From the NCBI RefSeq assembly GCF_001457615.1, contig NZ_LN831024.1, forward strand, positions 4,740,001 to 4,772,000: DNA of 32,000 bases, read 5' to 3'. Below the pieces are notes generated by a model that had not been told where the DNA came from, ran no database searches, and saw nothing but the letters and a program-made list of their open reading frames with translations. Below, one piece after another: positions 17,112 to 25,489 of the stretch. Each line of letters begins with the position of its first letter. The first letter of the stretch is position 1. Source of the DNA: Pseudomonas aeruginosa (GTDB lineage: Bacteria; Pseudomonadota; Gammaproteobacteria; Pseudomonadales; Pseudomonadaceae). Both the position numbers and the translations under genes were made by a program.

Positions 17112-18075
17112 GTCGCACCGCTTCCGATAAATGATCCTGCGACAAATGCGCATATCGCATCGTCATTGATAACGAGGCGTGCCCCAGGATGTGCTGTAGG
17201 GTCACGATGTGCCCCCCGTTCATGATGAAGTGACTGGCGAACGTGTGGCGCAGTACGTGGCTGGCCTGCCCCTTCGGCAGCTTGATCGAGGTCGACAGCA
17301 GCACTAGGCGGAACACGCCAAGGCAGTTCGTGAACGGCCCGTGGGTCTGCCAATGCCGGCGAATGTCGGCGGCCAGTTGTTCCGAGATCGGCACCGAGCG
17401 CACACGCTTGGACTTGGTGTTGGCGAAGATCACCGTATTACCTTTCAGACGTTCCGGCGTCAGCGCCTGAGCCTCACCCCATCGAGCCCCTGTCGCGAGG
17501 CAGATACGAGCGACCATCTTCGGATGTGGCGACGTGGTGCGCGCATCCAGGGCCGTAAGCAGTTCGGACACCTGATGCTTGGTCAGGTACGACAGCGGTC
17601 TTTCCTGAAGCTTGAGCGGCCGCATGCGCCCTACCGGATTCTCATAGTCAATGACGCCGAGTTGACGCAATTCGTTGTACATGGACTTGAGGTAGCCAAG
17701 ACGGTTATTCGCGGTCTTGCCCGACATGCCATTGGCTATCTGCCGGCTACGCAACCGAGCCACTTTCGCAGGCTCCAGGGAGACAGCGACCGGGTCGCCC
17801 AGGTCCTTTGCCACCAACCTCAGAATCGCCACGCAACGATGCCCGTTGCTGAGGGTCTGGCCGTGCAGTTCATACCAGAGTTCGACCAACTCCGAGAGAC
17901 GCCGACGGTCCTTCGGCCTGAGCGTCCAGCAGGGGTTTTCCGCACACTTCTGACGCGCGGTGGCCTCGAATTGCTGCGCCTCCATCTTGGTTTTGAACCG
18001 CTTGCGAAAGCGCTTGCCCTTGATCGGTTCTACATCGACGAACCAACGGCCATCGGGGAGCTTGGTGATCGACAT
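17086..18075 (-). CDS. Pf prophage tyrosine integrase (PA0728-like)
   Basis: 329 aa; GARWGEAQAL, HVLRHTFASHF, LQHILGHASLSMTMRYAHL catalytic motifs. Confidence 0.95.
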   Translation of the reverse strand: MSITKLPDGRWFVDVEPIKGKRFRKRFKTKMEAQQFEATARQKCAENPCWTLRPKDRRRLSELVELWYELHGQTLSNGHRCVAILRLVAKDLGDPVAVSLEPAKVARLRSRQIANGMSGKTANNRLGYLKSMYNELRQLGVIDYENPVGRMRPLKLQERPLSYLTKHQVSELLTALDARTTSPHPKMVARICLATGARWGEAQALTPERLKGNTVIFANTKSKRVRSVPISEQLAADIRRHWQTHGPFTNCLGVFRLVLLSTSIKLPKGQASHVLRHTFASHFIMNGGHIVTLQHILGHASLSMTMRYAHLSQDHLSEAVRLNPLLAFF

Positions 18076-19367
18076 TAGACGGCATACCCCCGCCGCAGAT
18101 ACCGATCACACATCAGCTTGTGGATATGCCTTTCCAGATCGCGACGAGTCCAACCCTTGGCGAGATAGTGGTCTTCGATAACGTGCCAGAACTCCAGTTT
18201 ACGGGCGGACTCAATAGCCTTTTTTGCCGGGACACGCTCCCGCGCGATCAGGCTCACGAACTGGCCGAGAAACATCTCGCAGTTACGCCCGCTAAAGCCC
18301 TTGGCGGTCTTGTAATAGCGCCGATACTCGGTGCGCTCGATCAGCGGATCGCACTCGACCTGGACGCGGGCGTCCTGGCTGATCAGGCTCCAGAACGGAT
18401 CGTAGACCGCCGTCCGGCTCAGCAGCTTGAAGCTTTCGCAGGCGTAGTTCCACAGTCCTTGCAGGTGCGGGCAAAGCCCCTCATAGGTGCGGCAGCCGAT
18501 GACCTCTCCCGAAGCCATGCGCGAGCCTTCGGAGAACTGCTGGACGATGGAGTGATGGAAGCGGAATTCGAGCCGCCAGACCGTTTCCAGGGGGTTATAG
18601 GCCGGGTCGCCATCGCCGAACGGATCCCCATTCAGGGTCGCCCACACGCTTTCCCAATAGTCGAGCTTGTCGGTGGCCCGAGCCTGGAGGGTCTTGTTAT
18701 AGATCGACAGTTGCAGGCCGTTGGCCGAGCCGAACATGTACGTCTCGCCACGCCCGTAGACCGAGGCGTTACCGTCGAACTCGATCCGCTCGATCCCGCT
18801 GATTTGCCGTACCCGACGCGAGCGGCAATGCATGCGGTCCACCAGATCACGAGGCGGTTTCCAGCCCTGCACATCCAGCGCGATATGCACTGCGGCTTGG
18901 TTGGTTTCGCAGTGGCTCAGCACGGCAGCGGCCAAGTCATCCAGCACGCCCTGGAGGATATGCGGGTCGGCACCGTCGAGGGCATGGGGCGACACTTCGA
19001 TCTTGAGGTGCGAGCCGAGGGTATCGACCTTGATGTTGTGATTCTTGATCAGCAGGATCAGGCCCATTTCGGCGTTCTGCAGGCGGTACTGATAGCCGGA
19101 GTCGCGACCGATGCGGCCCTTGGACCACTCGTAGCCGGCGAACTCGACCACATCCACCGAGAGGTCAAACAGCGCCATGACTTCCGGCCGGAGTTTGCCG
19201 TTGTACAACTGCCGCACCGTATCCACGCCGCACCGCAGAATGCGCACGCCTGACAGGTCGGTGAATTGAGCCGTGGTGTCGTCGAAGAACAACCGCCCTT
19301 TCGGGCTTTCCAAGACCTGACCGTCCGACTCGATACTGACGCGAATTTGATGGCTGATTTTCTTCAT
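18075..19367 (-). CDS. Pf replication initiation protein (PA0727-like)
   Basis: 430 aa, between integrase and zot; stop/start overlap with integrase; conserved HUH/RCR-type position in Pf phages. Confidence 0.87.
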   Translation of the reverse strand: MKKISHQIRVSIESDGQVLESPKGRLFFDDTTAQFTDLSGVRILRCGVDTVRQLYNGKLRPEVMALFDLSVDVVEFAGYEWSKGRIGRDSGYQYRLQNAEMGLILLIKNHNIKVDTLGSHLKIEVSPHALDGADPHILQGVLDDLAAAVLSHCETNQAAVHIALDVQGWKPPRDLVDRMHCRSRRVRQISGIERIEFDGNASVYGRGETYMFGSANGLQLSIYNKTLQARATDKLDYWESVWATLNGDPFGDGDPAYNPLETVWRLEFRFHHSIVQQFSEGSRMASGEVIGCRTYEGLCPHLQGLWNYACESFKLLSRTAVYDPFWSLISQDARVQVECDPLIERTEYRRYYKTAKGFSGRNCEMFLGQFVSLIARERVPAKKAIESARKLEFWHVIEDHYLAKGWTRRDLERHIHKLMCDRYLRRGYAV

Positions 19368-19504
19368 CTTTAACGATCCAAATTGGTACGAATTGAAACC
19401 GCAATAGGTGGCTTATCTGACGTGTTACAGGGGCGTCAGCCGGCCCCGCCGTGGCGCTTGCTCACTCCGAGACGAGCCGTTCGCGCGCGCCCCGGCCAGG
19501 CCGG

Positions 19505-19615
19505 CTACAGCGGCCATACCGGCCCCGTCGGCGTCACCGCCACCGCGAAGAAGAAGCCCGCCAGATAGGCCAGGAACGCCAGCCCCAGGGCGGCGAAATA
19601 GCTTGTCCAGTTCAT
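19505..19615 (-). CDS. 36-aa membrane peptide MNWTSYFAALGLAFLAYLAGFFFAVAVTPTGPVWPL
   Basis: Read directly on minus strand between zot and rep; single hydrophobic segment. Confidence 0.5.
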   Translation of the reverse strand: MNWTSYFAALGLAFLAYLAGFFFAVAVTPTGPVWPL

Positions 19616-19625
19616 CGGCTCCCCC

Positions 19626-20888
19626 TCAGTTGATCGAGCGCGGCAAGCGGCTGGTGTCAGGAACCACCGTCACCCGCACGGCGGCGCTGTTCGCGGCGGC
19701 GGGCGGCACGCTCGGCGCGGCGGCCTGAGCCGGCGGCGCATTGCCCAAGGCACTACGCCCGGCGCAGGCGGCATAGCCGGACCAACCGCCCTTGAAGCTC
19801 AGTTCCGCAGCGCAGTTGCCCCGCGGCACCACGGCATAGCCGGTGTCGGTCAGGTCGCGATCGGTGAGAGTGAATTCGCTGCCGTCCTGGCCCCGGACGG
19901 CGAACAGATAGGTGCGGCGCCCGGAGGCGGACAGCAGGGTCGCCTTGACGATGAAGTCGCGGCCGGCGAAGGGATGCCCTACAGGAGCAGCGCCCGGAAC
20001 GCCTGGGTGCCCAGGTACATCATCAGCAGCATCAGGATCAGCCGCACCAGTAGCACGCGCAGCACCCACAGCAGGACCGGCTTGAGCAGGCGCAGCAGTT
20101 CCAGCAGCAGGCGGCAATACAGGGTCGCCCATGAGCAGACGAGGTCCGCCGTCATAAACCACAGACCCAATAGCAAGGGCCGGAATTGCCATGAATAGAA
20201 GAATCTTAGGTTGTCTAAAAAGGCTCTTGCCGGCGATGGTGTCGGTGACGGAGCCGGTGGCTGTCGATTCATAGAGGGCGAAGGTCTCCTGGCGGATTTT
20301 CTTGATCTCGACGATCACGTCGCGGGCCGGCGGTTTGTTGTCCTGCGCCGAGTGCTGGCTTTCCTTGTAGCGGCCCCGAATGCCGATGACGGCGAGGTTG
20401 GAGTGCAGATAGGCCTTTTCCGCCGTCATGCGGATGTCGTCGCGGATATAGGCGATGTTCGGCGTGGTGAGGATGATGTCCCAGTTGAAATGCCGGTGCC
20501 GGGTCCAGGCATCCAGCCAGCCCATGGGCCGCCCGGCTGCCTTGGCCGCTTCCGGGCCGTCCGGGAAGTCGAAGCGCTTGAGGTCGGCTTCGCGCCAGGA
20601 CTTCAGAAAGATCAGTTGGGTTTCGTCGAAAATGATGAACGCGCCACGCGGCGCCCACATGAACCAAGTGCGCATCTTTTCCATGTCTTCCAGGTCCTCG
20701 AGGTCGAGGTTGATGACGTCGCAGCTGGAGGGCGTCTCCGGCATCACTTGGAAGATCCGTTCGCGGGTCAGGCCGCGCACGTTGGTGATGATGACGCGGC
20801 CTTTCTTGATCGCGGGGATCAGGTCATCTTGGATCGCGCCGGAGGTCTTGTAGGAGCCGTTCGGGCCGTGATGAATCTTGATCGCCAT
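19626..20888 (-). CDS. Zot-domain / gpI-like assembly ATPase (PA0726-like)
   Basis: [39 protein letters not shown] (P-loop)...[13 protein letters not shown] (Walker B)...[15 protein letters not shown]; internal TM. Confidence 0.95.
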   Translation of the reverse strand: MAIKIHHGPNGSYKTSGAIQDDLIPAIKKGRVIITNVRGLTRERIFQVMPETPSSCDVINLDLEDLEDMEKMRTWFMWAPRGAFIIFDETQLIFLKSWREADLKRFDFPDGPEAAKAAGRPMGWLDAWTRHRHFNWDIILTTPNIAYIRDDIRMTAEKAYLHSNLAVIGIRGRYKESQHSAQDNKPPARDVIVEIKKIRQETFALYESTATGSVTDTIAGKSLFRQPKILLFMAIPALAIGSVVYDGGPRLLMGDPVLPPAAGTAAPAQAGPAVGAARATGAADPDAADDVPGHPGVPGAAPVGHPFAGRDFIVKATLLSASGRRTYLFAVRGQDGSEFTLTDRDLTDTGYAVVPRGNCAAELSFKGGWSGYAACAGRSALGNAPPAQAAAPSVPPAAANSAAVRVTVVPDTSRLPRSIN

Positions 20889-20889
20889 G

Positions 20890-21240
20890 TCACTTACCTA
20901 TGAAGGGGATGAAGGACATGGAGAAGCGCGTGCCGATGGCGGCGAAGATCATGTTCACCGCGTCCGGCAGGCCGAAGAACGCCAGCAGCGAGCGCAGGTC
21001 GCCGTCCAGGGACGAGTAATAGGACGTGATGGTCGAGCCGATACCGATGCCGCCGACGACTTCGCGGAACGCCTTGTAGCCGATTTCCGCGACGAACAAT
21101 TGCATCTCGAACCAGCCCTTGATGGCCATCTTGGTCAGCAGGACAAAGGCGTCGGTGACGAAGTCATAGACGCCGCTGTAGAGGAAGTCCCAGAGGGATT
21201 GCATCCAGGCGAGAATGTCGGAGAGAAAGGGAATGTCCAT
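20890..21240 (-). CDS. Pf minor coat/hydrophobic protein (PA0725-like)
   Basis: 116 aa with several hydrophobic segments, immediately upstream of zot. Confidence 0.82.
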   Translation of the reverse strand: MDIPFLSDILAWMQSLWDFLYSGVYDFVTDAFVLLTKMAIKGWFEMQLFVAEIGYKAFREVVGGIGIGSTITSYYSSLDGDLRSLLAFFGLPDAVNMIFAAIGTRFSMSFIPFIGK

Positions 21241-21249
21241 GGCGTTTCC

Positions 21250-22404
21250 TCAGGAGCGATAGAAAACGATCCATCCGGCCAGGATCGCGGCGATGAACAG
21301 CACCACGTAGCGGATGACGGAGAGTTCTTGGGCGTACTGGGTGAGGCAGACGTCGTAGCGCTGGCCGAGGGCGGTAAAGTCCCAACACGGTAGGGAGCCG
21401 CCGCCGGTGCCCAGGTGAATATCGAACTTGGAAGCGAGGACGCTTTCGAACTTGCCTTGCAGTTCCTGGAAGTCCTTTTGCGCCTTGACGATGGCGTCGT
21501 CGTATTCCTTGATGGTCTTGTCGAAGGAGCCTTGCTTCGGCTCTTTCAGGCCTCCCCCGCCGGAGCCGTCGCCGCCATCGCCACCGGTCCCGCCGCTGGA
21601 GCCGGACCCGTCGCCATCGCCGCCGCTACTGCCGTCACCGCCGGGCGTGGTGCCGCAGTCACTGCCAACATGGCCCTGACAGGGGTTGTTACCGCCACCG
21701 CCCCCACCGCCGCCGCCACCACTGGAGCCGTCATCGCCACCGCCGTTACCGGGCTTGGTGCCGCCATCGCTTCCACCGTCGCCGCCGGGCGGGTTGCTGC
21801 CACCGTCGCCCCCGGTGCCGCCGTCTCCCCCCGGAGGCGGACCGTCGCCCGGGCCCACGTCGCAGCCGAAAGCACAGGAGCCCTTGGAGGTGAACCAGTT
21901 ACCGGTGAACGAGCCGATGACCCGGCAGAAGGTTCCACCCGCTTCGCCCTCAGCGGGGCCGATACAACCATCAATCGAACTGACGGCGATCTCACAACCG
22001 AGGTAATTGATGAAGCGGGAAATCGGTGCTTGGTGGCCGCCTTTTTCATAGAGCGAGCCAGCCAGAATCTTGCACTTATTCTCCCGGCATTCGCCGGCAC
22101 TGAGATCAAGCTCAGTTCCCTCAGGACACCTATCACCTTTCAAATAAACATCCGTATTAAAAAGAATCCAATCACCAGAACGAACCACACAATAGAAAAC
22201 CTTGCCCGCCTCACTTGGATTTGACGAAGGTTCCATAACAAAAACCCGACCAGGGTCCTTGGAAAAACTGCTGAAATAAAGATCACAGCCAGCCGTAGGG
22301 GATGAAACTTTCTTATTAAAATAACCCATGTACCAGTAATAATATTCGGCATGAGCTGCCGAACCAAATAACAACGTGATAATCAACAATATGAACCGAG
22401 GCAT
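21250..22404 (-). CDS. coaA: Pf adsorption protein CoaA (pIII-like)
   Basis: 384 aa; signal peptide, Cys-rich N domain, long Gly/Ser/Asp linker, C-terminal TM plus basic tail. Confidence 0.88.
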   Translation of the reverse strand: MPRFILLIITLLFGSAAHAEYYYWYMGYFNKKVSSPTAGCDLYFSSFSKDPGRVFVMEPSSNPSEAGKVFYCVVRSGDWILFNTDVYLKGDRCPEGTELDLSAGECRENKCKILAGSLYEKGGHQAPISRFINYLGCEIAVSSIDGCIGPAEGEAGGTFCRVIGSFTGNWFTSKGSCAFGCDVGPGDGPPPGGDGGTGGDGGSNPPGGDGGSDGGTKPGNGGGDDGSSGGGGGGGGGGNNPCQGHVGSDCGTTPGGDGSSGGDGDGSGSSGGTGGDGGDGSGGGGLKEPKQGSFDKTIKEYDDAIVKAQKDFQELQGKFESVLASKFDIHLGTGGGSLPCWDFTALGQRYDVCLTQYAQELSVIRYVVLFIAAILAGWIVFYRS

Positions 22405-22426
22405 AAAAAAGGGGCCTTTCGGCCCC
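22405..22426 (-). terminator. Rho-independent terminator directly in front of coaA
   Basis: Minus strand GGGGCC-GAAA-GGCCCC-TTTTTT abutting the coaA ATG. Confidence 0.8.
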
Positions 22427-22434
22427 TCCTCCTG

Positions 22435-22512
22435 TCACTGATACTGGCCGATTTTCAATCCCGTCAGCAGCGCGGACGCCATGAATGCGCCCAGCATCAG
22501 GGACCAGATCAC
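22435..22512 (-). CDS. 25-aa hydrophobic peptide (V/M)IWSLMLGAFMASALLTGLKIGQYQ, pVII/pIX-like
   Basis: GTG start; lies between major coat and coaA as small Ff coat genes do; below track cutoff. Confidence 0.5.
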   Translation of the reverse strand: MIWSLMLGAFMASALLTGLKIGQYQ

Positions 22513-22513
22513 G

Positions 22514-22732
22514 TCAGGCCTTGCGCATCGCGCCGATGACCAGGGCGAGGCCGACCAGCACCGCCACGGCGGCGATCACCAACTTGGCCACGGACCCGCC
22601 ATCAGTGCTGGCTTGCGCCAGAACCCCCTTGGTGGTTTCGTCGAGCAGCGATTCGGCGAAGGAGACGTTGGCCACGGCCAGGCCGGCGGTGGCGATGGAA
22701 GCGTTGCGGAACAGGGCTTTCATTTTTTCCAT
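22514..22732 (-). CDS. coaB: Major coat protein precursor (CoaB position)
   Basis: MEKMKALFRNASIATAGLAVANVSFA | ESLLDETTKGVLAQASTDGGSVAKLVIAAVAVLVGLALVIGAMRKA: leader, acidic N-terminus, TM, basic C-terminus. Confidence 0.85.
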   Translation of the reverse strand: MEKMKALFRNASIATAGLAVANVSFAESLLDETTKGVLAQASTDGGSVAKLVIAAVAVLVGLALVIGAMRKA

Positions 22733-22745
22733 GATTGGAACCTCA

Positions 22746-22997
22746 TTAATTGCGCGCTTTGCGCATGGCGGAAATGATCAAGCCAGCCCCCAAACCAACG
22801 GCGAACAGCCCGATGGTCCCGGCGAAGCCGAGGCGGAAGGCCGACGGGTCGAAACCACCCATCAGCAGAGTCAAATAGCCCTCTGCCTCAGGCGGCAGCA
22901 GGTAGGTCTGTATCCACTCAAGGTGCGTACAGCCAACCGTGCCGTCCGCGTTCTGGACCCAGGTCTTGCACACTTGAACCGATACAGAGCCTTCCAT
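22746..22997 (-). CDS. Pf small structural/membrane protein (PA0722-like)
   Basis: C-terminal TM GFAGTIGLFAVGLGAGLIISAMRKARN similar in layout to the coat protein. Confidence 0.7.
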   Translation of the reverse strand: MEGSVSVQVCKTWVQNADGTVGCTHLEWIQTYLLPPEAEGYLTLLMGGFDPSAFRLGFAGTIGLFAVGLGAGLIISAMRKARN

Positions 22998-23008
22998 TCG
23001 TGCAGTCC

Positions 23009-23101
23009 TCAAACAGCCAGGGAGGCCGCTAGGCCGTCGATCCAGCCCCAGGCGTAGCCGGTAGCCAGACCTACCGCGAACAGCGAGAGATAACGGAGCA
23101 T
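23009..23101 (-). CDS. 30-aa membrane peptide [30 protein letters not shown] (PA0721-like)
   Basis: Read directly on minus strand; conserved Pf position; below track cutoff. Confidence 0.65.
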   Translation of the reverse strand: MLRYLSLFAVGLATGYAWGWIDGLAASLAV

Positions 23102-23117
23102 CGCGGCCTCCTAGGGC

Positions 23118-23627
23118 TTACGCCTTGGCGTCCGGAGACTTGTCTTGTTTGTCCTGGCCCTGCGGCTGCTGGGCCGGGCGCGGGGCTTGGGCCTGTGCTT
23201 GCGGGCGGGCCGGGGCTTGGGCGGTCGGCGCCATCGGCTTGCCGCCCACGGCCAGCAGATCCACAAGGACCTGGGTATTGGTGATCCGACCGAAACGGTC
23301 TTGGGTCGGGCGGACCACGCTGGCGAACTTGCAGAGCACCGGCTGGCCTTCGAAGACGATGGCGTCCAGCAGCGTCGGCTCGATGTTGTATTCGCTGATC
23401 TCGAAGCCCTTGGCGTTGCCACGGGCACCTTCCGGGATCGGAGCGATGGACTGGACCGAGGCGTAGATTTCCCCGGTCTTGGTCGAGGTGTAGGTGTCGG
23501 TCTTGGTGACCCACAGTTCGACGACGCCGCCTTGGGTTGCAAACATGTTCATCGGTGTTTCTCCTTCAATTCGCCTTTTTCGGCGTGAGTTGTCCCGCTG
23601 CTGCAAATTCGGCTGTTTCGCCTTCAT
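23118..23627 (-). CDS. Pf single-stranded DNA binding protein-like (PA0720-like)
   Basis: MNMFATQGGVVELWVTKTDTYTSTKTGEIYASVQSIAPIPEG...EGQPVLCKFASVVRPTQDRFGRITNTQVLVDLLAVGG...Pro/Ala tail; true start probably Met at 23552. Confidence 0.83.
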   Translation of the reverse strand: MKAKQPNLQQRDNSRRKRRIEGETPMNMFATQGGVVELWVTKTDTYTSTKTGEIYASVQSIAPIPEGARGNAKGFEISEYNIEPTLLDAIVFEGQPVLCKFASVVRPTQDRFGRITNTQVLVDLLAVGGKPMAPTAQAPARPQAQAQAPRPAQQPQGQDKQDKSPDAKA

Positions 23628-23870
23628 TCAGCGGTGTTGGGTGAAAGTGATTTGTCGGGCGATCCCTTCGGGCCGGGCTCTATTCGCTAGCGAACCAAGC
23701 CAACCACGGGTGTTCGTCTCGGCCCATTCGGGTAACGACCCCTATCGCAACGTCGTCTCCAACGGCCAAGGGGAACGCTCCCCCTTGGAACCCGCAGAGC
23801 AACACCAAGGGCTCTGCCCTTGTCATCCCGCTCTTGCCGCCGAGGGCTCGGGAGCGCGGGGCGGAGAAGC
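23628..23870. promoter_or_regulatory. Structured intergenic region, candidate filamentous-phage origin/packaging signal
   Basis: Palindrome TTCGCTAGCGAA (23685-23696) and perfect hairpins CCAAGGGGA-ACGC-TCCCCTTGG (23766-23787), CAAGGGC-TCT-GCCCTTG (23805-23821). Confidence 0.45.
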
Positions 23871-24065
23871 TGCCCCCACACTCCCCAGCGGAGGCTGTTT
23901 CAGGGGGGAGGCGTTCAAGGGTGCGCTCCGCCCGTGCTTCCGTTCGCCGGAACGGTGAGGCGGTTCCGACGAGCCGGGAGCGCGGCCCTTGACCGGATCG
24001 ACCACGGTGCGAGCGGCCTGGATCAGGCAGAGCAGGAGCAGCGCTTTCAGGGTGTCAGCGAGCAT
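23823..24065 (-). CDS. Pf hypothetical protein (PA0719-like)
   Basis: 80 aa [35 protein letters not shown]... Confidence 0.55.
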   Translation of the reverse strand: MLADTLKALLLLCLIQAARTVVDPVKGRAPGSSEPPHRSGERKHGRSAPLNASPLKQPPLGSVGAASPPRAPEPSAARAG

Positions 24066-24068
24066 GGG

Positions 24069-24359
24069 TCAGCCCTCCAGTTGGAATGCTTCGCGCACGG
24101 GCACAAAGGGCGTGGGCTTCCCGCTGTCGTACACAACGTGCCAGTACTTCGGCGGACGCCGGGACGGGTCGTGTTTCACGCAGAAGGAACGGGGACGGCA
24201 GAGCCAGCGGCCACCTTCGAGATAGGGCAGCCCAGGGGGCCGGCAGTCCGGACACGGCGACGGGTTGTGCAATGGGATGGCCTGCCTTGCGGACCAGCAC
24301 ACAGAGCAGGCGCAGTCCGGGGCGTGGGTTTGGCGCAGGTAGTAGGGACTGGCGGTCAT
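24069..24359 (-). CDS. Pf hypothetical protein (PA0718-like), Cys-rich
   Basis: MTASPYYLRQTHAPDCACSVCWSARQAIPLHNPSPCPDCRPPGL... Confidence 0.72.
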   Translation of the reverse strand: MTASPYYLRQTHAPDCACSVCWSARQAIPLHNPSPCPDCRPPGLPYLEGGRWLCRPRSFCVKHDPSRRPPKYWHVVYDSGKPTPFVPVREAFQLEG

Positions 24360-24362
24360 GGT

Positions 24363-24584
24363 TCATGCCCTCACCCCACGGATGCGGTAAACCTGGCGGG
24401 CGCGTTCGCGGGTCAGGCCGAAGGAGCGGCGAGCTTCTTCTTCAGTCGGGAAGACAGCCACCAACTCTTCGACCCAGCGTTGGCATTCCACGCGGGAAAT
24501 GCCCTGATGGACGCGATGCCAGCGACGTTGCCGGGTCGGGCCGTGGAAGGTGCAAATCTCTACGAGGTAACGCATATCAGGCAC
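24363..24584 (-). CDS. Pf hypothetical protein (PA0717-like)
   Basis: 73 aa, overlaps the Xis-like stop codon by 8 bp. Confidence 0.68.
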   Translation of the reverse strand: MPDMRYLVEICTFHGPTRQRRWHRVHQGISRVECQRWVEELVAVFPTEEEARRSFGLTRERARQVYRIRGVRA

Positions 24585-24810
24585 TCCATTCCTGTTCCAG
24601 CAGCCAGGTACGCAACAACGCGCTATTCACCATGCGCAGCTTCCCCAGCTTCACGGACGGCAGCACACCCCGGTAAACCCAGGCGCGGGCGGTGCCGTAG
24701 CTAATGCCGTTGCGCTCCGCCCACCGTTCGATGGATTCCACATCCTGTTGCGGCCCGATCAGGGCGCCGGGGTTCAGCTCTTCCAAATCCATGTCGTACT
24801 CCAAGCTCAA
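24577..24810 (-). CDS. Pf excisionase / DNA-binding protein (XisF-like)
   Basis: VESIERWAERNGISYGTARAWVYRGVLPSVKLGKLRMVNSALLRTWLLEQEWSA: MerR/Xis-type helix-turn-helix. Confidence 0.78.
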   Translation of the reverse strand: MSLEYDMDLEELNPGALIGPQQDVESIERWAERNGISYGTARAWVYRGVLPSVKLGKLRMVNSALLRTWLLEQEWSA

Positions 24811-24812
24811 AA

Positions 24813-24881
24813 GGGATCACGGTGGTCCCTTTGAAGCAATGGGATCACGGTGGTCCCATTGCTGTCAAGACCACCGTGGTC
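24813..24881. promoter_or_regulatory. Triple operator in the divergent xis/repressor promoter
   Basis: GGGATCACGGTGGTCCC at 24813-24829 and 24841-24857 (28-bp period) plus palindrome GACCACCGTGGTC at 24869-24881. Confidence 0.8.
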
Positions 24882-24893
24882 CATGATCACGTC

Positions 24894-25316
24894 ATGAGCA
24901 GAGAAGACCCACAATTCAAATTGCGTATGCCCCCAGAGCTACGCCTCCAAGCAGAGCAAGCAGCGAAAGCAGCTGGCCGCTCAATCAACGCAGAATTAGT
25001 CGCTCGAATTGAGTCGAGCTTCTTAAACTCATCAACCCAAGAAACCTTAATTCCCGCCAAGCGCGCAAAAGAACTTGCCCTCATGGCAAGAACGGTAATA
25101 CCAAGTGAGATTCGTAAACGAGTCATTATGGCAATACAAAGAGCAGTAAGCCTCGGCCATACTGAAGCTTATGCAAATCTAACCGATCTATCCCTTGAAG
25201 TTGGCATCTCCGACGAAGATCTTGACAATCTAATAAACCCTGTCATCGAAGAGTTAAAGAAGGCCGGCTACAATGCCAAGCTTGATGATATTACAACGCT
25301 TGCAATTGAATTCTAA
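24894..25316 (+). CDS. Arc-like ribbon-helix-helix repressor (Pf immunity repressor candidate) with C-terminal extension
   Basis: PQFKLRMPPELRLQAEQAAKAAGRSINAELVARIESSF is an Arc-type domain; divergent from Xis-like gene with operator repeats between. Confidence 0.82.
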   Translation: MSREDPQFKLRMPPELRLQAEQAAKAAGRSINAELVARIESSFLNSSTQETLIPAKRAKELALMARTVIPSEIRKRVIMAIQRAVSLGHTEAYANLTDLSLEVGISDEDLDNLINPVIEELKKAGYNAKLDDITTLAIEF

Positions 25317-25489
25317 TTATACTCTCCGAGCCTGAGACAAACTCAAACTCTTAAGATGCAAGGTAATTCAACAGAATGGATTCCCACAACGGCTGTTATT
25401 GCAAGTCTAAAATATCACTCAGTGAGATCTATTGGCGAAGAACTGGTATAACCCCTGAAATTTTGTTACGTAAATAAAACACCCATTAA

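Noticed and set aside
18120-19253. 377-aa plus-strand ORF opposite the Pf rep gene
   Set aside because: Antisense to conserved Rep, no recognisable motifs.
21470-21860. Simple-sequence (GGN) repeat array as a CRISPR or satellite-like element
   Set aside because: It encodes the flexible glycine-rich linker of the adsorption protein; no regular spacer-repeat structure.
21546-22224. Overlapping Ala/Val-rich and Pro-rich ORFs opposite coaA linker
   Set aside because: Products of translating the repetitive Gly/Ser/Asp linker DNA in other frames.
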